Source of the DNA: an uncultured Planctomycetaceae bacterium
GTDB taxonomy: Bacteria; Planctomycetota; Planctomycetia; Planctomycetales; Planctomycetaceae
Reading direction: 5' to 3'
Assembly (NCBI GenBank): GCA_963815195.1
Contig: CAWFGE010000004.1
Coordinates: forward strand, 59,451-123,450
Length of the DNA stretch: 64,000 nucleotides
Shown one piece after another: positions 55,301 to 64,000 of this stretch. How positions within the stretch are numbered: the first letter of the stretch is position 1; every line of letters begins with the position of its first letter. Below the pieces are notes generated by a model. The model did not search any database. It saw nothing but the letters and a program-made list of their open reading frames with translations, and was not told the origin of the DNA. A program made the translations under genes and the position numbers.

Positions 55301-58300
55301 CTTCTTATTCGCCGTGTCCCTCGACAAACGCGTCGACGCCCCGGTCAGCGTGCTTGCCCAACCAATGTTGGACACCGGCGGAACCTCGCCGGCCGATGCG
55401 ACGGACTTCAACAGCCTTATGCAAACGCTCACGTTCCTGCCGGGCGAACTTACCAAGACGTTTGCGGTCCAGGTCTACGGGGATCGAACCGTCGAGTCGA
55501 CCGAGACGTTTTTGGTCCACCTCTCCAGCCTCGAATCCGGGGATCGGAATGTGCAGCTCGAGCGGCACGAACACGACTGCCACCGGGACGATTCAAAACG
55601 ACGACACCGCCCGGCTTTCCATCAACGACGTGACAGAAGCCGAAGGCGACTCCGGCACGAAGGATTTCGTGTTTTCGGTCAGCCTGTCCCAACCGATCGA
55701 AGAGGTCGTCGAAGTCAACGTGATGACCGTTGCCGGGACCGCGTCCGCGGGCGAGTTCAGCACGAGCACGACGATGCTCACGTTCGATCCGGCGATGGAT
55801 CCCAACACCGATGGGGACAACGACCCGCTGACGCAAGATGTCGTCGTGCATGTCACGGGCGATACGACCGTCGAACGAGACGAGACGTTCCGGGTGCGGT
55901 TGGAAATCGCGACCTTTGCCGGGATCAACAACTCGCCGCAGATTTTGCCGGGCAAACTGGAAGGCGTGGGCACGATCGTCAACGACGACACGGCCACGGC
56001 CCGCATCCAGGCCGATGCGACGGGCATGGAATCGGACGGTTTCGTGAACTTCGTGGTGGAACTGACGAACGTGGGGACGCCGCCGCTCGAAGGGTCGGAC
56101 TTCATCACCGTCACCGTCAATCCGATCCCTTCCGTTCCCAGTTCGGCGAAAGCGCTCGACCTCAGCTTCTCGCCGCATTTTGTGACGTTCACGGCGAACG
56201 ATCTCGACGAGGACATGGACGGCGATCCCCGCACGCAAACGGTGCAGATCCCCATCTTCGCCGACGGGACGATCGAAGCCGACGAGACGTTCCAATTGCG
56301 AATCACGAACGTCACGTTTAACGGCATCAACGATCCTTCGCGGGTCCAGATCAGCCCGACAGACGCCAGCAAAACCGGCACGATCACCGACAACGACACT
56401 GCGATGCTGTCCATTTCGGACGCCCCGGATCAGGTCGAAGGCGGGAACGCCATCTTCCGCGTGAACCTTATCGGCGACATCAATCAGCCTGTCACGGTGC
56501 TCGCTTCGACCAGCGGCCCCGGCGATCTGAGGAACCCCACGGCTGAGGCCGGGTTAGATTTCGTTCCGCTGGTCAATTACCCCGTGACGTTCTCGCCCAA
56601 CGGTCCCAAGTCCATCGATGTCCCGGTGCAGATCATCAACGACGGCATGAACGAAGGGACCGAGAATTTCTTCGTCGATTTGTCGATGCCCACGTTCGGC
56701 GGCGCGACGAATCCCCGGCTCACGATCTCGGACGGGACGGCCACGGGCCGGATCCTGGAAAGCTCCCCGCCCGCCACGGTGTCGTTCCACGACCTTAACG
56801 TCTCGGGAAGCGAAGGCAGCGGAACGCTGAACTTCACCGTAGAGTTGTCCCGCGCGTTTCAGGATGCCGTGACCGTGGACGTGGCCACGGCCCAAACCTT
56901 GCCCGGCACGGGAACCGATGCCACCGCCGGCGTGGACTTCAATTCCATTCCGATGACAGGACCGGTGGTGACGTTCAATCCGGGCGAAACATCCAAAACG
57001 GTCAAAGTGCAAATCAACGAAGACGGCGTTGTGGAGCCCAATGAATTCTTTCTGGTTTCCCTCTCAAATCCGCAAGTGGATGGCACGACCGATGCCAACC
57101 GGTTGATCCTCGGCTCGAACGTCACCGCGACGGGCACGATCGAGAACAACGACACGGCGACATTGTCCATTTCTGATCCGATGCCCCAAAGGGAAGGCGA
57201 CAGCGGCCAAAGCCCGATGACGTTCACGGTGACGTTGTCGGCCGCGGTTCAGGGCGGGGTGACGGTGGACTTCAGCGTCAACACCGGCACCGGAGCGACG
57301 GCGGCCCAACTCGGGCAAGACTTCACGCAGACGACCTTCGGGCCGATCACGTTCGCGGACGGCGCGACGGACCCGGCCCCGCAACCGATCCAGTTCCAAA
57401 TCCTCGGAGATCTGCGGACGGAATTGGACGAAGTCTTTTCCGTCGAGCTCGAACCAAAGGCGAACTTCTCGGTCCAAAACCCGCAGATCTTGAATTCCTT
57501 GACCGTGACCAAAGCGACCGGCGTGGGCACGATCCGGAATGACGACAGCATTCTCGTCACCGGCCCGGGAACGACGCCTTCCGGCATGATCCATGTGACC
57601 GATCAAAAGCGAAACCCGGTCCCAAACTTGGATGGCAAGATCCCTTATCAAGGATTCACCGGAGCGGTGCGGGTCGCGACAGGGGACGTCAACGGCGATG
57701 GGACTCCGGACGTCATCACGGCCCAAGGCAAGGGCCCGGACGGCATGCCCACGGTTTCGGTCATCAAAGTGTTCGACGGCGTCACCGGAGCGACGATTCG
57801 CACCTTTACGCCGTATGACGGTTTCACCGGCGGCGTCTTCGTGGCCGCCGCCGACTTGAATCAAGACGGGTTTGCCGACATTGTCACCGGCCCGGACGTC
57901 AGCGGCGGGCCACAGGTCAAAGCGTTCGACGGGAATTCGGGAGCGACCATTTTTGACTTCTGGGCCTATCCCGTGACCTTTTTCGGTGGCGTGCGGGTTG
58001 CGACCGGCGATGTGACCGGCGACGGGATCCCGGACATCATCACCGGAGCCGGTCCCGGCGGCGGGCCGCACGTGCGGGTGTTCGACGGTTCCGTTCCTCA
58101 GAACTCCTCCGCGGCCGGGGTGGATATTCACGATAAGGGCCTTGGAGCCATCGGTAGCTTTTATGCGTACGCCGACTCCTTCACGGGAGGCGTCTTTGTC
58201 GCGGCCGGCGATTTCGGAGGCGGCAGCAATCGGGCCGACGTGATTGTCGGCAAGGATTCTAGCGTCGGCGGCGGGTCGTGGGTGCGAATCTTCGATGCCG

Positions 58301-59160
58301 GCAACTTGAAGTTTGAGCAGATTAACGCCTTCCCCGGGTTTGACGGCGGCGTTCGCGTGGGCACGGTGGAACTCAACGGCGTCGGCAAGCCCGATCTGGT
58401 TCTGGCCGCCGGTCCGGGTGGCGGGCCGCACGTCCGCGTGTTCGATGGCGACTCGATCAATGTGGACCGATTCTCCGTCGAAAATATCGGCGCAAAGGAA
58501 GACGGCCTTGTTGTCCAAGCGCCTCTGCCCCAACCGCTGCTAACCAGCCCGCAATCTGGAAGTGACGGGTTCTATGCGTACGATCCGACCTTTTCCGGCG
58601 GCGTCTATGTGTCGGGGACCGTGTTCCCGCCCACGGCGGGGTCTCCGCTGCGGTTGGCGGCGGGGACGGTGCTGCCCGACGGACCGGTAGCGACGATTAC
58701 GACCGCGGACCTTGCGCCCGTGGTGTCGGCCGCGATTTCTAGGTTGGAGAACGCCGGGCTCGATCCCGCCGCGGCCCAGGCCTTGGCGGACACGCACTTC
58801 GTGGTCCAAGACCTGGCTCCCGGATTGTTGGGCCTCGCCAGTGACGGCGTGGTTTATCTCGACGATAACGCCGCGGGCGTCGGCTGGTTTATCGATCCCA
58901 CGCCTTCGAGCGACGAGGAGTTTTCCAACCAAACGCCAAACGGTTTGCTCGGCGCTTCGCCGGGCGTGGATCTCCTCAGCGTGGTGCTGCACGAGTTGGG
59001 GCACACGCTCGGCCTCGGTGATCTTCCCGCCGATCAAGTCCCCGGAAGCATGATGACCGGGACCTTGGCACCCGGCATTCGCCGGCTTCCGGACGACCAG
59101 ACGCTCGACGATGTGTTCGCGGGCGACACCTTATGGAACGGCCTGCTCTTGAACGGCTAG
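46305..59160 (+). CDS. Giant LEPR-XLL surface protein (~4,280 aa): TolB/PD40 propeller, CSLREA/choice-of-anchor-Q beta-helices, Calx-beta, FG-GAP, C-terminal zinc-protease-like domain; five frameshifts
   Basis: EVLEDRTLLS planctomycete leader; ISADG..(V/I)AF repeats; LSLREAI, LA.NGGPT.T.AL...SPA.DAG, DQRG; Calx-beta E.F.V.LS; ATGDVNGDG.PD; HELGHTLGL. ORFs starting 46305, 48307, 49274, 51406, 52620 and 55354 tile continuously. Confidence 0.85.
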
Positions 59161-60372
59161 CTCCGGACCCGCTGCGAGTTTCACCTGGCGGCTGAGGAAC
59201 CAGGCGAGCCAACCGGCCATCGTGATGACCACGGCCAGTCCGCCATAAGTGGATTGGTCCGTGGGCATCCAGCCCGCAAAGAACGGCCCGAGCGCGCCGA
59301 TGCCGAAGCAGATCATGTTGCTGAACCCGTAAGCCAGGCTGCGGCGCTCGGCGGGCACGTATTGGGCGATCAAACTGTTATAGAGCGGCTGGTTCATAAA
59401 GTGCACCAACGCGAACAAGCACGCAGCCGCCAATCGCCACGGGCCCTCGGCCACCGCCATCCCGACCAGGCACGGTGCATTGACCAGCATCACCAAGCTG
59501 AGTTGCCGCTCCATCCCGCCCGGGCGGGCGAACCGGCCGGCGACGGCTTGTCCGATGACGGCGAACATCAACACGATCGCCGCGAGCAGATTCCGCAGCC
59601 CCTCGGCGGACAGCGTGCCAAATCCCACGAAAGCCGAGTTCAAATACCGAGGTAGGAAGTGCATAAACCCGGCATAGACGAAACCCGAAAGCGCCCCGGT
59701 CGCGACCAGCAGGAAAAACACGCCGGGAATGGCGGACGAGGCGGCGGCGCGGGGATCTTCCTCGACCGGCGGAGTTTCCGGTTCGAGAGGTTCGGCGGCC
59801 GGGCGGGATTCGCGGAGCGACACCGCGAGCAGAACCGCCAGGAGAGTCGCCGGCACGGAGAGCAGCACGTAATATTGCCGCCAATTCAAGGAGCCCACGC
59901 TAAATGCCAACGCCGCGAGCAAGGGAGCCCCGGTAAATCCCAGCGATCCCAAAATGCCATGCCAACCCAAAGCGGCCGGGCGGTTTTCCGCGCGGGTCTC
60001 GCGGGAGATCAGCGCGAGGCCGGCGGGATGATAGATACTGGCGAAACAGCCCATTGCAAACATCGTCAGGAACAAGGCGTTCAAAGTGGGGGCCCAAAAG
60101 GAGACCAGCGAAGTCGCCACGCAGCCGCCCAAAAAAATCAGCAGCAGCGGTTTGGAGCCGAAGCGGTCGGCGAGCCAACCGGCTAAAAGCGCCCCGCCGC
60201 CGAACGGGATTCGCCACACCGTCCCGAGCATGCCCGTCTCGCGGGCGTCCACGCCGAAGTCGGTCCCGATCATTTGCTCCACACTGGGCAACGATACCTC
60301 AAAGGCGTGCACGAGGGCATGGGCAAACGAAACCAGGATCACGATCCGAAACGTGGCACCATTCATCGGCAT
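59131..60372 (-). CDS. MFS transporter
   Basis: Motif A GWLADRFG.K, SIYHP.G and ~12 TM segments; converges on and overlaps the giant gene by 30 bp. Confidence 0.9.
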   Translation of the reverse strand: MPMNGATFRIVILVSFAHALVHAFEVSLPSVEQMIGTDFGVDARETGMLGTVWRIPFGGGALLAGWLADRFGSKPLLLIFLGGCVATSLVSFWAPTLNALFLTMFAMGCFASIYHPAGLALISRETRAENRPAALGWHGILGSLGFTGAPLLAALAFSVGSLNWRQYYVLLSVPATLLAVLLAVSLRESRPAAEPLEPETPPVEEDPRAAASSAIPGVFFLLVATGALSGFVYAGFMHFLPRYLNSAFVGFGTLSAEGLRNLLAAIVLMFAVIGQAVAGRFARPGGMERQLSLVMLVNAPCLVGMAVAEGPWRLAAACLFALVHFMNQPLYNSLIAQYVPAERRSLAYGFSNMICFGIGALGPFFAGWMPTDQSTYGGLAVVITMAGWLAWFLSRQVKLAAGPELAVQEQAVP

Positions 60373-60717
60373 CGGGCATTCTCGGCAACTCACTGCCGCT
60401 TCGAAGAAGAGTTGGATTCAAAGAGCGAGACGCAAACGCGAAAGCCGGGATCCTACCGATTTAACGCCCGGCACGAAAGCATCAAATTGCGAATCGGGAG
60501 AGCGGCAGAATCCGCACGATTCCTAAAATCCGTCCAGAGAATCGGCGATCCCCTTTAATGCCCGGCTCTTTCGCGATGTTTGTGATCTATCTTTCATTGT
60601 GAGAGATCATCGTCACACGGCTCGGATCCCGGTTCCGAAGAAGGACAATCGCGAAACGGGCATCCGCAAATCCGGATCTCCACGACCGACCCCTGCGTCC
60701 TTGAAAGTTGTCCACCG

Positions 60718-61989
60718 ATGAGCGTTGCGTCCGTTACCATGCAGGTCATCGACCTGTCGGCCTTAAGACCTGGTGCGATTCTTCCGACACCGATCTACGA
60801 CGCGTACAACCCGGCGCTCTTGCTTTTGGGGGCGGGAACGCGGCTCAACGACCAGATTCTGGCCCGGCTGGAAAAACGCGGCGTCACGCGGGTCATCGTC
60901 GATTCCGAACACGCCAACGAGATTGCTCCCGGATCGGTCGCCCCCAAAAAAGACGAACCCAAGATCCAGAAAATCACCGCCGCCGACATCCGCAAAGCGG
61001 GGAATCATCCCCTCAACAAATGGCTGCGCGAGCCCAAACCGCACCCGCCCACGCCGGAACTCGCAAGACGCTTCCAACAGATGCGGGAAATGCAGGAACA
61101 GGAACTGCAAGAAACACTGGCCCAAGTCAGCCGGGGGATCTATAACAAGACCGGCAAGCTCAAGTCGCTGAGCGTCGACTCCTGCGAGATGATGCTCGAG
61201 GATTTGGATCTTTACGTCAAACTCGCGATCAACCACCGCGGCGACTCTGCAGGCTACAGCCACAGCCTGAGAACCGCCCAACTGGCGATGGCCATCGCGG
61301 CGGTGCTGGGGAAATCCTGCGAAAACATCAGCGACCTGGGCGTCGGCTGTTTGATTTCCCGCGCGGGGCAGACGGAATATGCGAGGCAGTTGGCTCAAGC
61401 CGAGCGGCCGTTGACCGAGAACGAATGGCTGGAAATTCAAAAGATCCCCAACCGCACGTTCGACCTGATGGAAAAATGCCTCGACGTGCCCGTGGGGGCA
61501 AGGCAGGTCGCTTATCAAATGTTCGAGCGCTGGGACGGCAGCGGGTATCCGCGCGGCCGGACCGGGACGCAGATTCATCCCCTGTCGCGGATCGCCGCCG
61601 TTGCGGACGTTTACGTCGCGCTCACGTCGAGCCGGCCGCATCGTCCGCCCTACTCGCCGTATCAAGCCATCGAAATCATCCTGGCGGACACGCGGAAAGG
61701 GCTTTACGATCCCCAAACGGTGCGGGGGCTCTTGCAAACCGTTTGTCTTTATCCCGTGGGCTCCCGCGTGCGGTTGAGCGATGAGTCCCAAGCGACGGTC
61801 TTGCGGACGAAGCCCAAAGCCTACGACCGGCCCATCGTGCAAATCACGCACGGACCCGACGGCTGCTCGCAAGACCCGGTCACCGTCGATCTCTCGGAAC
61901 AGGAGGCGATCGCCATCGTGGAAGTGATCGAAGAAGTCCCCTGCGACGACCGCCAACTGAAGCTTGGCTTTGAAGAGCCGGAATCTTAA
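60718..61989 (+). CDS. Degenerate HD-GYP domain protein
   Basis: HSLR.A, ER.DGSGYP.G, RIAAVAD, RP.R, YPVGS.V.L; HD and HH ligands substituted. Confidence 0.85.
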   Translation: MSVASVTMQVIDLSALRPGAILPTPIYDAYNPALLLLGAGTRLNDQILARLEKRGVTRVIVDSEHANEIAPGSVAPKKDEPKIQKITAADIRKAGNHPLNKWLREPKPHPPTPELARRFQQMREMQEQELQETLAQVSRGIYNKTGKLKSLSVDSCEMMLEDLDLYVKLAINHRGDSAGYSHSLRTAQLAMAIAAVLGKSCENISDLGVGCLISRAGQTEYARQLAQAERPLTENEWLEIQKIPNRTFDLMEKCLDVPVGARQVAYQMFERWDGSGYPRGRTGTQIHPLSRIAAVADVYVALTSSRPHRPPYSPYQAIEIILADTRKGLYDPQTVRGLLQTVCLYPVGSRVRLSDESQATVLRTKPKAYDRPIVQITHGPDGCSQDPVTVDLSEQEAIAIVEVIEEVPCDDRQLKLGFEEPES

Positions 61990-62075
61990 TCCGTCCATCA
62001 GCCGGAACACGCTAGGACAACCGGACCCTGACGCGTTCCTGCGCTGATAATCGGACAGTTTTTGTCGAGTGGTCC

Positions 62076-64000
<1,925 letters not shown>

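Overview
GC-rich chromosomal segment from a planctomycete (Planctomycetaceae-like gene content: two DUF1549/DUF1553 proteins, two planctomycete-cytochrome-c/WD40 proteins, a YCF48-type protein, and a ~4,280-codon LEPR-XLL surface protein). It also carries ribBA, an AddA-type helicase-nuclease, a MoxR/DUF58 operon, an LPS inner-core cluster (hldE, waaF, GT4, WaaP-like kinase) and acs. About 15 small indels split otherwise intact genes and look like long-read assembly errors. The main unexplained signal is a 535-bp intergenic region (21361-21894) holding an apparently complete myxobacterial Mx162/Sa163-type retron ncRNA (minus strand). It shows a1/a2 arms, a branching G at 21746, msr hairpins, a ~130-nt msd stem and a predicted ~166-nt msDNA. 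No reverse transcriptase gene follows it or occurs anywhere in the window. The downstream position is instead occupied by a HEAT/ARM-like + BRCT protein, followed by a methyltransferase and addA. A second unusual locus is an integrase-free 3.7-kb AT-richer patchwork (9849-13557) between 191-bp direct repeats of the ribBA 3' end. Its junctions fall at REP/REPIN ends, and it carries an FGE-sulfatase gene, gene stubs, an IS701-like remnant, a propeller protein and an RHS/YD fragment. Family assignments come from motif recognition, not database searches.
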